DNA of 64,000 bases from a candidate division WWE3 bacterium UBA1379 (GCA_002305475.1 DBRB01000003.1:13360-77359), one strand, 5' to 3'; shown: positions 41,151 through 50,680, counted from the stretch's first letter. The notes: generated by a model not told the origin, from the letters alone. Made by a program: numbers and translations.

Positions 41151-41813
41151 ATGAAAAATACTTATAAATCTATTTTTAAAACACATCAACAATCCGCGGT
41201 CACATTAGTTGAATTATTAATTGTTATTACTATTTTGGGGATTTTGGGGAGTGTTATAGTGGCTATTATAAACCCCAGAATTCATAAAGATAAGGTAAGT
41301 GAAGCCGTAAGACTTTCCAATATGAGAAGAGTAATTGAAGTAATTGAGACGGTCAGGACTATAGAAGGTGTGTATCCTGATGATATCGATGATATTCAGA
41401 GCTATATACAGGGAGATGTACTGGAGTCTATAGGTGATTTCACTTATAATTCAACCGGCGGTTCTGATTTTTGTTTATATAGTAATGATCAAGCTGCAAT
41501 TTTGGATGGGTATATGGCATATTCTACTCAATGGACAGATACTGAGATTATGACTTGTAGGAATAAGAGTTCTTTATGTAATAGTATTACTGAGTGCTCG
41601 CCGGTCACTATTCCTTCAGCTTCACCGACTCCTTCTCCAACTCCGTCGATAACTCCCACACCAACTCCAAGACCGAGTACAACACCAACACCAGTACCTA
41701 CACCAACGCCGGTTCCTACACCAACTCCTACACCAACACCAGTACCTACGCCAAGACCAAGTCAGACACCGATACCTATACCGACGGTTACACCTACCAG
41801 CTCAAAAAGTTAA
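41151..41813 (+). CDS. Type IV pilin with a (PT)n tail
   Basis: SA|VTLVELLIV; about 60-aa Pro/Thr repeat at the C-terminus. Confidence 0.88.
   Translation: MKNTYKSIFKTHQQSAVTLVELLIVITILGILGSVIVAIINPRIHKDKVSEAVRLSNMRRVIEVIETVRTIEGVYPDDIDDIQSYIQGDVLESIGDFTYNSTGGSDFCLYSNDQAAILDGYMAYSTQWTDTEIMTCRNKSSLCNSITECSPVTIPSASPTPSPTPSITPTPTPRPSTTPTPVPTPTPVPTPTPTPTPVPTPRPSQTPIPIPTVTPTSSKS
41620..41800 (+). repeat. Pro-Thr-coding low-complexity repeat
   Basis: Degenerate ACNCCN repeats encoding [11 protein letters not shown]. Confidence 0.85.
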
Positions 41814-41866
41814 GTATAGGTGAATTTTGTAACGAATTACTTAATTGAAAATTTGGTTGATAAATT

Positions 41867-42397
41867 ATGTTAAAAAAACGATATCAGACAAGCAATATAA
41901 AATCATTTACTTTAATAGAATTAATGATAGTTGTTGTAATTCTTTCTATCTTAAGTGGTGCCACTATTGCTGTAATTAACAGCGCCGGATTTCAGGGAAG
42001 AGCTAGAGACTCACAACGTGCCGCAGATATAAAAAAGATACAAACCGCTTTAGAACTTTATTTTGCAGACAATCGAAAATATCCACCAAATACTAGTTTT
42101 CAACGAGTTACAGCTACTGCATTAACTAATACATTGGTAAATGGTGGCTATATTAGTTCTATACCTCAGGATCCAAAATTTCCTAACACTGGTGCTACAA
42201 ATACTGCATGTTCGAATGACCGCGATTACCTATACAGAAGTGATAGTAATGGAAGTATTTATGTATTATCAGCTAGTATGGAGTTAGAAGCTTCTGCTGC
42301 CAGCAGCAGGTGTCTTACAACTGTTGTACCAAACTGCAGCACTTTTTCATGTAACTGTACTGGATATACCAGAGCGTATTGTGTTCAAAACCCCTAA
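41867..42397 (+). CDS. Type IV pilin (GspG-like)
   Basis: KS|FTLIELMIV, RARDSQRAADIKKIQTALELY, IPQDP. Confidence 0.9.
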   Translation: MLKKRYQTSNIKSFTLIELMIVVVILSILSGATIAVINSAGFQGRARDSQRAADIKKIQTALELYFADNRKYPPNTSFQRVTATALTNTLVNGGYISSIPQDPKFPNTGATNTACSNDRDYLYRSDSNGSIYVLSASMELEASAASSRCLTTVVPNCSTFSCNCTGYTRAYCVQNP

Positions 42398-42409
42398 GGA
42401 TTATTACAG

Positions 42410-42757
42410 ATGAAACATAAGTCTTTTACTCTCATCGAACTCATGATATGTGTAGGTATCATCACACTATTGCTCGGTGTGGTAATGGTATTAATTAATC
42501 CCAGAGAACTATTAGCCAAAGCACGTGATGAAAAACTTCTGTCTAAAGTAACGGAATTTGATGCTTACATACTTGAGCACAAAATAGATAATGGTGTGTA
42601 TCCCGATCTTACTCCTCCACCCGGAATAATTTATATGCATACCCCTTCTTCCTATGAAATAAATGTGGTATTGGAATTTCTTGTTGAACAGGCACAGAAT
42701 GACGGCGGAAATGATCCCGGAGTGTACGAAACAGGTAATGATTTAACCCTTATTTAA
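42410..42757 (+). CDS. Short type IV pilin, paralogue of 39075-39599
   Basis: KS|FTLIELM, INPRE..AK.RD, SYE.N..LE and DGG.D..VYE.G are shared. Confidence 0.88.
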   Translation: MKHKSFTLIELMICVGIITLLLGVVMVLINPRELLAKARDEKLLSKVTEFDAYILEHKIDNGVYPDLTPPPGIIYMHTPSSYEINVVLEFLVEQAQNDGGNDPGVYETGNDLTLI

Positions 42758-42772
42758 TGATATTATTTATAT

Positions 42773-43270
42773 ATGAACTTATCTGTCCAAAGTTCAAAAG
42801 CATTTACACTCATTGAACTTCTTGTTGTCGTCTCATTAATTCTTATTTTAACTGCTGCAACGATTCCTAACTACAATAATTACTTAGATAATCAGATGTT
42901 AAAACAGGCACAGGAAGCAGTGAAGAATGATCTCAGATCTGTACAAAACCGGGCATTAACCGGTACTAATGCGGACACTGTAGATTATTGGGGTATAAAA
43001 TTTTTTAGTAATACAAACACTTATCGAATTATTAGTGGTTCAGGTAATCCAAACTGTTCGACCTTTACCAATACCAGTGGTGCTCCCAGTCAGAGATTGC
43101 CGGCGAATACAACTATTGGAACAAACGGTTGCGTTTTCTTTAGTACTAATAATGGAGATCGTATAGCTGGTGTTGACAATATTAGTGTTGTTTCAGATGC
43201 CGGATCCAAAGTGGTATGTATAAACCCTGCTGGACTGATTTACTCCAGGGATTCTTCAGGTGGTTGTTAA
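42773..43270 (+). CDS. FimT/GspH-like minor pilin
   Basis: KA|FTLIELLVV, DLRSVQNRA, INPAGLI. Confidence 0.88.
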   Translation: MNLSVQSSKAFTLIELLVVVSLILILTAATIPNYNNYLDNQMLKQAQEAVKNDLRSVQNRALTGTNADTVDYWGIKFFSNTNTYRIISGSGNPNCSTFTNTSGAPSQRLPANTTIGTNGCVFFSTNNGDRIAGVDNISVVSDAGSKVVCINPAGLIYSRDSSGGC

Positions 43271-43280
43271 TATTACTGGC

Positions 43281-43760
43281 ATGATAATAAAATCTTTTAA
43301 AAACAAAAGAATTAAACATAAAAATGGCTTTGGACTGATTGAAACTGTGGCAGCATTAGGTGTGACTATGATAGTTGTAACCTCAATGGTGTCCATGTCT
43401 TTGTATGCTCTTAGATCTACGCAACAGAGTCAGCTGATGCTTGCAGCTACTAAACTGGCTAATGAAGAGCTAGAACGTGTTAGAGCAAAGAGAGATACAA
43501 CTACCTGGTCCGCTTTTCTTACTGCAGTAAACGGCTGCACACAATTATCACCATGTTCAATGAATGAATTAAATGTTGTTGGTTCTCAAAATACTTTTAC
43601 ATATAACAATGTAGATTTTAGAAGAAGTTTTGTAGCGTCTTATCCGATTCCTAGTGATACGAATGTAGTGAGAATCGGAGTAACTGTGTCATGGAAGTTC
43701 GGGTCTTCTACTTATAACAAGTCCGTATACAATTATACAGATTTGTCTAATTGGAGATAA
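43281..43760 (+). CDS. PilV-like minor pilin
   Basis: NG|FGLIETVAAL, A..LANEELERVRA, V.VSW. Confidence 0.85.
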   Translation: MIIKSFKNKRIKHKNGFGLIETVAALGVTMIVVTSMVSMSLYALRSTQQSQLMLAATKLANEELERVRAKRDTTTWSAFLTAVNGCTQLSPCSMNELNVVGSQNTFTYNNVDFRRSFVASYPIPSDTNVVRIGVTVSWKFGSSTYNKSVYNYTDLSNWR

Positions 43761-43764
43761 TATT

Positions 43765-44304
43765 ATGGTAACTAACCTGATAAAGGTAAAAGGATACAAT
43801 CAGAAATATCTGAAAAAAAGTTTTACCTTGATTGAACTTATGGTTGTGATTGCAATATTAACAATCACCGCTGGGTTAACTACCAGTGTTATCGTATCCA
43901 TTACCAGAAGCTATAGTAAAACTCAGATTACAAATGAATTAGAGCAAGCTGCAGGTTTTGCATCACAGAAACTCACTAAAGAATTACGAAATGCTGTTGC
44001 TATTACCAATATTTCTTCAACTAGTATCTCTTTTAGTGATCATACAAATGATGTGATCACATATAGAGTAAATGCAAATCAATTGCAGAGGAGATCACAA
44101 TTAGCAGGTACAGCTTTTCGTGCTTTAACCGACACAAATACAACTAGTGTTTCTTGTCCTTCCGGTTGTTTTAGTGAACTAAATAGTAATCCTAAGGTTA
44201 TAAGTATTAAAATGAAGTTCACCTCTGCAGGAACTGAGGGTGGAACTGCGTTCACTGGTAGCGTAGATATTAATGATACTGTCGTAGTGCGTGGCACCTA
44301 TTAA
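43765..44304 (+). CDS. PilW-like minor pilin
   Basis: KS|FTLIELMVV, KELRNA. Confidence 0.87.
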   Translation: MVTNLIKVKGYNQKYLKKSFTLIELMVVIAILTITAGLTTSVIVSITRSYSKTQITNELEQAAGFASQKLTKELRNAVAITNISSTSISFSDHTNDVITYRVNANQLQRRSQLAGTAFRALTDTNTTSVSCPSGCFSELNSNPKVISIKMKFTSAGTEGGTAFTGSVDINDTVVVRGTY

Positions 44305-44305
44305 T

Positions 44306-45094
44306 ATGTTTCTCGACCCTGTAACAAAAAAACAATATAGAAGTGATCAAACTAAAAAGGCACAGACTTTAATAATAATTATTGCCGTGATGGTTATAGC
44401 CATGTCTGTTGGGGCTGCCTTATCTACCCGGTTTATTAAAACTCTGAAGGATACAGCTTATATTGATATGTCTAGCAGAGCCTTAGCTGTGGCAGAAGCA
44501 GGAGCGGAAAGACTTTTGATACGTCCTTTATCCGAACTTGAACAGTTTATCGCAAATGATAGTTGTGGTTCAAATTGTCTGATAGAAATAATCGGAACGG
44601 ATGGAGTTACAGCTACAGCTTCAGTAGTTTTAAGTTATGATGGTAATACATCGGGTCCCTACCCCCTATCTCTGGAAACTAATAAAACCAAGGAAGTGTA
44701 TATGAATTCATACCCCTCGAATACTTCATTCAATATCTGTATCGACAGTAAATCGGTGTCAAACCCGATTGCCGTATCTGTTTTGTTTGCTTATGGCAGC
44801 ACCGGTAATTATCAAATTGAAAACTATCTATTGGAGAGTTTCGGATGTCATACCATACCCGGTAAATCAAATCCTGCTTTGCTCCGGATTACCTCTATTT
44901 ATGATGATTTTACAGGTCAGTTAGTTCCGGTGGTGGGAGCCTCTATTCCATCACAGGGAGTATTAATTGAGTCAACAGGTAGACTTAACGATGTTGTAAA
45001 GATAGTCAGAGTTTTAAAAACATATTCATATGTACCAAGTGATTTTGATTATATTTTGTATTCAAAATCCGAAGATGAACCATTGTCCAACTAG
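44306..45094 (+). CDS. PilX-like minor pilin
   Basis: KA|QTLIIIIAVM and ALAVAEAGAERLL. Confidence 0.8.
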   Translation: MFLDPVTKKQYRSDQTKKAQTLIIIIAVMVIAMSVGAALSTRFIKTLKDTAYIDMSSRALAVAEAGAERLLIRPLSELEQFIANDSCGSNCLIEIIGTDGVTATASVVLSYDGNTSGPYPLSLETNKTKEVYMNSYPSNTSFNICIDSKSVSNPIAVSVLFAYGSTGNYQIENYLLESFGCHTIPGKSNPALLRITSIYDDFTGQLVPVVGASIPSQGVLIESTGRLNDVVKIVRVLKTYSYVPSDFDYILYSKSEDEPLSN

Positions 45095-45117
45095 CAAACT
45101 TCTTGTAAAATTTAAAC

Positions 45118-46149
45118 ATGCCCATCATCGGTTTAGATTTAGGAAGACATAATTTCAGAGCCGTTGAATTAGATTCTCAGAAGAACAAATTCGTTCTTCT
45201 CAGATATGGAACCTATGAGAACCCCAAACTAAATCTTGAATCAGAATCCAAAGATGACATGAATATATATTCCCAGGCTATCCGGGATTTTTTTGATGAA
45301 ACAGGGTTTAAAACGGCTAATACCGTTGTATCTCTGCCTGAGCAACAGGTGTATATGAGAATAATAAAGATACCGGCTCTCAGTGATAAGGATCTGAAAA
45401 ATTCCATTCAGTTTGAAGCAGAACAGTATATTCCCCTACCCTTAAAGGAAGTAAGTATTTCCTATCAGAAGATTGATGTGGATGCCTTTGATAAAAACAA
45501 GATAAATGTTCAGCTGGTTGCCGCCAAAAAAACCACTTTGGAAAAATATGTTCAGATACTAAGGCAAGCTAAACTCATACCTAAAGGTATAGAACCTGAA
45601 ACTTTAGCGGTAGGACGTATTCTAGGAGATACAGAAGACCATCCTTCTGCTAGCATAATTTTGAATATCGGTTTTTCACAGACTTTGATATGTATAACTT
45701 ACAGGGGATTCGTCCGGTTTACCCGTAGCATATCAATAGGTGGAGATACAATTACTCGTGCCATATCTCAGTCTTTAGGTTTTGATTATTCCCAGTCTGA
45801 AGAATACAAAAAAACTTACGGTTTGGATTCCTCCCAGGTAGAAGGAAAGATATTTGAAGTAATAAAGCCGTTGTTTGATTCGGTTATCCAGGAAGTCAAG
45901 AGGTCAAAAATGTTCTTTACAACACACAATCCAAACATTACTATTAACAGAGTAATACTATCTGGAGGTACTGCCCTGATGCCTGGCTTATTTATATACA
46001 TGGCAAATAATTTAGATTTAGAAGTTGAACTGGCTAATCCCTGGAAGAATATTGAATTCTCTGACAGACTCGCATCCAAAAAAGATTCCCTTTTACAGGA
46101 AGGACCGTTATTTGCAACCAGCGCAGGTCTTGCGCTTAAGGAGGTCTAA
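45118..46149 (+). CDS. pilM: Type IV pilus assembly protein PilM
   Basis: IGLDLG, EAEQYIPLP, LVAAKK, LSGGTA.MPG, ANPW, GLALK. Confidence 0.94.
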   Translation: MPIIGLDLGRHNFRAVELDSQKNKFVLLRYGTYENPKLNLESESKDDMNIYSQAIRDFFDETGFKTANTVVSLPEQQVYMRIIKIPALSDKDLKNSIQFEAEQYIPLPLKEVSISYQKIDVDAFDKNKINVQLVAAKKTTLEKYVQILRQAKLIPKGIEPETLAVGRILGDTEDHPSASIILNIGFSQTLICITYRGFVRFTRSISIGGDTITRAISQSLGFDYSQSEEYKKTYGLDSSQVEGKIFEVIKPLFDSVIQEVKRSKMFFTTHNPNITINRVILSGGTALMPGLFIYMANNLDLEVELANPWKNIEFSDRLASKKDSLLQEGPLFATSAGLALKEV

Positions 46150-46160
46150 AGGAGGATTAT

Positions 46161-46715
46161 ATGTATTCACAAAGCGTTAACCTCATACCACAGGAAGAAG
46201 TACACGAACAGGTAAAAGAACAAGTAGTAAAAATGAGTACGGTATTTTCTGTTCTACTCTTTTTGATTGTAGGGGGGATTTCTTTCTATTTTTATAACAC
46301 TGTCAATTCATTAAAAAGCGATATTAAAAAAACCGACTCCGAAATTGAATCATTCAGAAAAGAAATCAGTAGCATGGCGAATGTAGAAATTAGTGCCCGA
46401 AATTTATCCACAAAATACAATATATTAAAGGATCTTATGAAATCAAGAGAAAAATACTCAATTCTTCTGGCAAATCTGAAAGAAAAAACACCTTCAACAA
46501 TCGTGGTAGCTAATATGACCGATTCTGCAAACAATAGTCTGGCAATTTCTGGAACCGGCGAAACATACACATCGATTGCCGATTTTGCAAATTCTCTTAC
46601 TGATGGCGAGACTGTTTTCAGTAATGTTTCTCTTAATTCAGTTTCCTATGAGAATAAATCCAGCCGGGTGTCATATTCCATAGTAGTTACTTATATTCCG
46701 GAGAAGTTGAGGTAA
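46161..46715 (+). CDS. pilN: PilN-like protein
   Basis: VNLIP motif, TM helix, coiled coil; follows pilM. Confidence 0.85.
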   Translation: MYSQSVNLIPQEEVHEQVKEQVVKMSTVFSVLLFLIVGGISFYFYNTVNSLKSDIKKTDSEIESFRKEISSMANVEISARNLSTKYNILKDLMKSREKYSILLANLKEKTPSTIVVANMTDSANNSLAISGTGETYTSIADFANSLTDGETVFSNVSLNSVSYENKSSRVSYSIVVTYIPEKLR

Positions 46716-46719
46716 TACT

Positions 46720-47523
46720 ATGCAGATAAACAGTTCTACATTTAAAGAATTTCTCTTAAATTTTATCATTCCGCTTATTGCTATAGCTGCTACCGGAGCT
46801 TTGGGTTTTTTTATATTGTATCCTTCGTATACTGCATTGGAACCTACACGCGCGGAATTAAGTACCAAAAAAGCACTTCATAATCAACTAAATTCCAAGC
46901 TTACCACACTGCATGATCTGGTGGAGTTCAAAGCAGTAGTCGATGAAAATGCATCCTTAGTACATCGTGTTATCCCTGATGAAGCTGCAGTCCCCTTCCT
47001 CTTAACCCAGATAGACTTGATTGCTAAAGAAGCAGGGCTGGAAGTGACGAAAATGAGCTATACATATTCCACGCCTACTAAAACAACTGCTCCTCAACCC
47101 ACATCTGCTGAGATTAGTGAGTCCGACGAGACTGCAGAAAAAAGTCCAAAGTATCTGATTGTTGATGTATTACTTGGTGCAACAGGAAATCTGGATCAGC
47201 TTCAGGAATTTTTCAATAAAATTGAGACATCCGCTCGATATGTTGATATTGATACTTTCCGGTTTGAAGCTGAAAATGAACAGGATGGAGAAGCTGTCAG
47301 CGGTAGCTCCCGTCTGGCTATCACATTTGGTCTGCGTGCTCCGCACATCAGAGTTCAGTCAAATGCGGTGACCGATGATCCCATTGATCTGAACATTTCT
47401 GATGATGAATTTCTGGGGGTAATTAATACTATTAAAGGGATGAAGTACTATGATATTACTGAGGAAAGTATAAATCAGGCACTGCTGGAAGAAACCAGGG
47501 AAACAACTGAATCAACCAGTTAA
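46720..47523 (+). CDS. pilO: PilO-like protein
   Basis: TM plus coiled coil, IP.E..VP.LL, F...IE...R; follows pilN. Confidence 0.8.
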   Translation: MQINSSTFKEFLLNFIIPLIAIAATGALGFFILYPSYTALEPTRAELSTKKALHNQLNSKLTTLHDLVEFKAVVDENASLVHRVIPDEAAVPFLLTQIDLIAKEAGLEVTKMSYTYSTPTKTTAPQPTSAEISESDETAEKSPKYLIVDVLLGATGNLDQLQEFFNKIETSARYVDIDTFRFEAENEQDGEAVSGSSRLAITFGLRAPHIRVQSNAVTDDPIDLNISDDEFLGVINTIKGMKYYDITEESINQALLEETRETTESTS

Positions 47524-48173
47524 TTATCTGTATCACTTATTTTTTTGGAGTTTTCTTCTTTCCATTTTTCTATTTCTTTATGATTTCCTGATAATAGTAC
47601 TTCCGGTACTATCCATCCTTTAAAGTCTTCCGGTCTTGTATACTGTGGATGTTCCAATGTATCGTTTTCAAATGACTCCTTGGATGATGCATCCTCTTTT
47701 TCCAATATTCCAGGAAGCAGGCGGGTTATGCTTTCCATGATGACCAGAGCTGGTAGCTCTCCGCCGGATAATACATAGTTTCCGATAGATAAAGATTCAT
47801 CACAAAGATATTTCTCTACTCTGGCATCCACACCTTCATAACGCCCGCAGATCAGAGTAATCTGATTTAAATTCTTTAATTCTTTTACCTTGTTCTGATC
47901 GAACTTTTTTCCGGAAGGTGACATTAGGATGGTATGTTGTTTATTTTCAATATTTTCCAATGCTTTATATATCGGTTCGATCATTAATACCATACCTGTA
48001 CCTCCTCCGTACGGTTTATCATCAACCATTCCGTAGGAGTTTAATGCATAATCTCTCAAGTTATGCAGGTTTACCTTAATCAGACCCTTCTGAATAGCTT
48101 TTTTGAAAGGGAGATTATTTAAATGTTCATTAAATAGGTTGGGAAATAGAGTTATGATGTCAAACGTTATCAT
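47520..48173 (-). CDS. trmD: tRNA (guanine-N1)-methyltransferase
   Basis: FDIITLFP, VDDKPYGGG, CGRYEGVDAR, VLSGGE, PQYTRP. Confidence 0.97.
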   Translation of the reverse strand: MITFDIITLFPNLFNEHLNNLPFKKAIQKGLIKVNLHNLRDYALNSYGMVDDKPYGGGTGMVLMIEPIYKALENIENKQHTILMSPSGKKFDQNKVKELKNLNQITLICGRYEGVDARVEKYLCDESLSIGNYVLSGGELPALVIMESITRLLPGILEKEDASSKESFENDTLEHPQYTRPEDFKGWIVPEVLLSGNHKEIEKWKEENSKKISDTDN

Positions 48174-48474
48174 TTTCTTGAGGCTCCTGTGTTTCCGGCT
48201 GTGTATCCTCTTCGATATTTCCCCGTGCACCTTCCGTAGCTTCATTGAGTTCAATATTAATCCTTATTCCGTCTTTAATAGCTTTTGCCCGGGCGAGATT
48301 ACGCAAACTCTTGATGGTTCTTCCCTCTTTACCGATGATCATTCCCATATCGTCCTGGGCTACATTTATTCGATAAATATGTGTATTAGTTTCAGGATCT
48401 TGTTCCTCGTCGATTCTGAGTGATTCGGGTTTGGATACTATTTGTCTGATTAGGTAGTCAATAAATTCTTTCAT
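48160..48474 (-). CDS. khpA: KH-domain RNA-binding protein (KhpA/YlqC)
   Basis: DMGMIIGKEGRTIKSLR; rpsP-KH-trmD synteny. Confidence 0.9.
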   Translation of the reverse strand: MKEFIDYLIRQIVSKPESLRIDEEQDPETNTHIYRINVAQDDMGMIIGKEGRTIKSLRNLARAKAIKDGIRINIELNEATEGARGNIEEDTQPETQEPQENDNV

Positions 48475-48503
48475 TGTTTATTTAGCTTTGATTTATTACG
48501 TTT

Positions 48504-48809
48504 TTATGCTTCGGGTGTAGATTCAGCCTGCTGGGCTTCTTTCTTGTCACCCTTTGGATTGTACTTTACGTATTTGTATTCACCTGCTGCAATTTTTACC
48601 ACTGCTTCCGTAGTTAATGCACCTTTGGCTTTCCAATCAGCATACTTTTTCTGGTCAATCTTTGACTCCGCAGGAGTTGTCTGCGGGTTGTAGTATCCCA
48701 GAATATCCAGAAACTTTCCGTTTCTTTTATCTCTGGTATTTGCCACTACCACTTTATAAGTGGGTGCATTCTTTTTACCTGTTCTTGCTAATCTTATTGT
48801 TACGCTCAT
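48504..48809 (-). CDS. rpsP: 30S ribosomal protein S16
   Basis: VTIRLARTGKK..P.YKVVV, LGYYNP. Confidence 0.96.
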   Translation of the reverse strand: MSVTIRLARTGKKNAPTYKVVVANTRDKRNGKFLDILGYYNPQTTPAESKIDQKKYADWKAKGALTTEAVVKIAAGEYKYVKYNPKGDKKEAQQAESTPEA

Positions 48810-48882
48810 ATGTTGTTTTTCTGTTAATTATCTGTATTTTTTTTGCGAACATGCTTTGAGCCGTTCTGACTTTGAGATTGTA

Positions 48883-49584
48883 TCAGACCAATTTTACTTT
48901 GTCTATCGCATTTAAGGCTGCAGCCTGTTCGGCTTTTTGCTTGCTTCTTCCCTCACCCTCACCAACTAGTTTCTTTCCCAGATAAACCCCTACTTTAAAT
49001 GTCTTTTCATGATCTGCCCCCCAGGACTCCAATACTTCATAAACGGGTGTAATACCGTACTTTTCCTGGGAAAACTCCTGAAAGGTTGATTTGGCGTCCT
49101 TATAGGCATTATTCTGGACGATGTCATCCATCTTATATAGCAGTTCCCTAACTACAAATTCTCTGCAGACATCCAGTCCTTTTTCTTTATATAGTGCCCC
49201 CAAAACTGCTTCAAACGTGTTTGCCAGTATATATTCCCTGTTTCTTCCCCCTGTGGCTTCCTCACCATGGGATAAAAGCAGAAATTCCCCATATCCCAGC
49301 CGTCTGGATTCTGCTGCCAAGGACTGGGTATTCACAATTGCTGCCCGATAATTAGTGAGATCTCCTTCGGGTTTTTCAGGATATTTGTGATAAAGATACT
49401 CAGAGGATAATAGCTGCAATACAGCATCTCCGAGAAACTCCAGTCGTTCATTGGAAGGATTAGGGTATCCCGGATGTTCATTTAAAAAAGAGCGATGAGT
49501 AAATGCGGTTATGAACAGTTCTTTATTTTTGGTGTCCACTTTTAGTATTTGAGATAGTTTTTCAAGATCAATCTCCGAATGCAT
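48883..49584 (-). CDS. rnc: Ribonuclease III
   Basis: AFTHRS, NERLEFLGDAVL, dsRBD ending KAEQAAA. Confidence 0.97.
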   Translation of the reverse strand: MHSEIDLEKLSQILKVDTKNKELFITAFTHRSFLNEHPGYPNPSNERLEFLGDAVLQLLSSEYLYHKYPEKPEGDLTNYRAAIVNTQSLAAESRRLGYGEFLLLSHGEEATGGRNREYILANTFEAVLGALYKEKGLDVCREFVVRELLYKMDDIVQNNAYKDAKSTFQEFSQEKYGITPVYEVLESWGADHEKTFKVGVYLGKKLVGEGEGRSKQKAEQAAALNAIDKVKLV

Positions 49585-49612
49585 AGTAACTCCTAAGATA
49601 TAAAAATTGATT

Positions 49613-49849
49613 TTAATCCAGCTTCTCTGACAGAATATCCAGCAAATCAGCTATTGATTCAATATTTTCCCTTTCATCCAAAAGTTCAATGTGAAAAGAT
49701 TCTTCGAGTTCCTGAAGAATCTCAATTAATTCCATTTCACTGACATTTAAGTCATCTTCGAAAAAAGCTTCAGGAGTAACCTCTTCAGGCTCAATTCCCA
49801 ATTTATCTTCAATTATTTCTTTTACTTTATTAAAATAATTATTACTCAT
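49613..49849 (-). CDS. acpP: Acyl carrier protein homologue with a degenerate attachment motif
   Basis: 78-aa acidic helical protein, KVKEII...LG...V.PEA.F.DDL...ELEE.F.I; acpP-rnc synteny. Confidence 0.8.
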   Translation of the reverse strand: MSNNYFNKVKEIIEDKLGIEPEEVTPEAFFEDDLNVSEMELIEILQELEESFHIELLDERENIESIADLLDILSEKLD

Positions 49850-50270
49850 TTTCTTTTTCCAGGTAACTTACTACTGTACCTAAAACCCCGTTCACAAATT
49901 TCGGAGAAGTGTCGTTTCCGAATTCCTTTGCCAGTTCGACTGCTTCATCAATTGCTACTTTCTGTGGGGTCTGTTTATGGTATTTAAGTTCATAGATGGC
50001 GATTCTTAATATAACAAGATCAACTTTTGATATTTTATCCAAGGGCCACTCCGGTGCGCAGGTTTCAATTATTCGGTTAATATCGTCATTATTTGTTTTT
50101 ACCCCTTCAATTATTGTGTTTGTCAGGTCAGTATCTACTTCACTCTCTTCCAGTAAATCTCTGGATAGAAGTTTGCATGCTTCTTCATCCGTTTCCGAAA
50201 ACAACCAGCAGAATATACTGGCCATAGATAGTTTTCTTGCAGCATGTCGTGGGTCAGATTTATTTCTCAT
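49842..50270 (-). CDS. nusB: Transcription antitermination factor NusB
   Basis: [40 protein letters not shown]. Confidence 0.96.
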   Translation of the reverse strand: MRNKSDPRHAARKLSMASIFCWLFSETDEEACKLLSRDLLEESEVDTDLTNTIIEGVKTNNDDINRIIETCAPEWPLDKISKVDLVILRIAIYELKYHKQTPQKVAIDEAVELAKEFGNDTSPKFVNGVLGTVVSYLEKENE

Positions 50271-50294
50271 CTAAATAACCTCAAACGCAATAAT

Positions 50295-50441
50295 TTAGAG
50301 TTCGATGCGTTCCTCAACGTGAGGTCTTTTATAAGCCTTACCGTCTTTGGTTTTTACCGCAACTACTCTTTTTCTTCTTTCATGGGCATTTCTGTTTTGT
50401 CTGGTTGCACTTTTACTTTTTCTTCTTTTTGGTACTGCCAT
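50295..50441 (-). CDS. rpmF: 50S ribosomal protein L32 (48 aa, no Cys; absent from the ORF track)
   Basis: Translated by hand: MAVPKRRKSKSATRQNRNAHERRKRVVAVKTKDGKAYKRPHVEERIEL*. Confidence 0.88.
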   Translation of the reverse strand: MAVPKRRKSKSATRQNRNAHERRKRVVAVKTKDGKAYKRPHVEERIEL

Positions 50442-50584
50442 ATATTTATCTTCGGGATAATCGGTATTTTTACCGGTTATGCCTTAAATTAGTACGACTT
50501 TTTATCCGATTATTTAAGTTTATGAAACTTAGATTGATTGGTCAATAAGCGATTATTAGGCAAAAATCCTTTACTGACTGGGTT

Positions 50585-50613
50585 AATATAGTGTGGATTG
50601 GGGGGTTTGTCAA
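50585..50613 (-). promoter_or_regulatory. Sigma70-type promoter of the rpmF-nusB-acpP-rnc operon
   Basis: TTGACA-N17-TATATT on the minus strand. Confidence 0.65.
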
Positions 50614-50629
50614 ATAGTTTGCGAAAAAT

Positions 50630-50665
50630 AAAGGCGTCTGCATTTTTGATGATACAGACGCCTTT
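50630..50665 (-). terminator. Terminator after the orphan pair
   Basis: AAAGGCGTCTG...CAGACGCCTTT. Confidence 0.75.
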
Positions 50666-50680
50666 GGCTCTCAAAAAAGA

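Noticed and set aside
41594-41848. Alternative-frame ORF with YTN repeats
   Set aside because: It is a frame shadow of the Pro/Thr repeat in the pilin.
50244-50492. Plus-strand 82-aa ORF
   Set aside because: It is the antisense shadow of rpmF.
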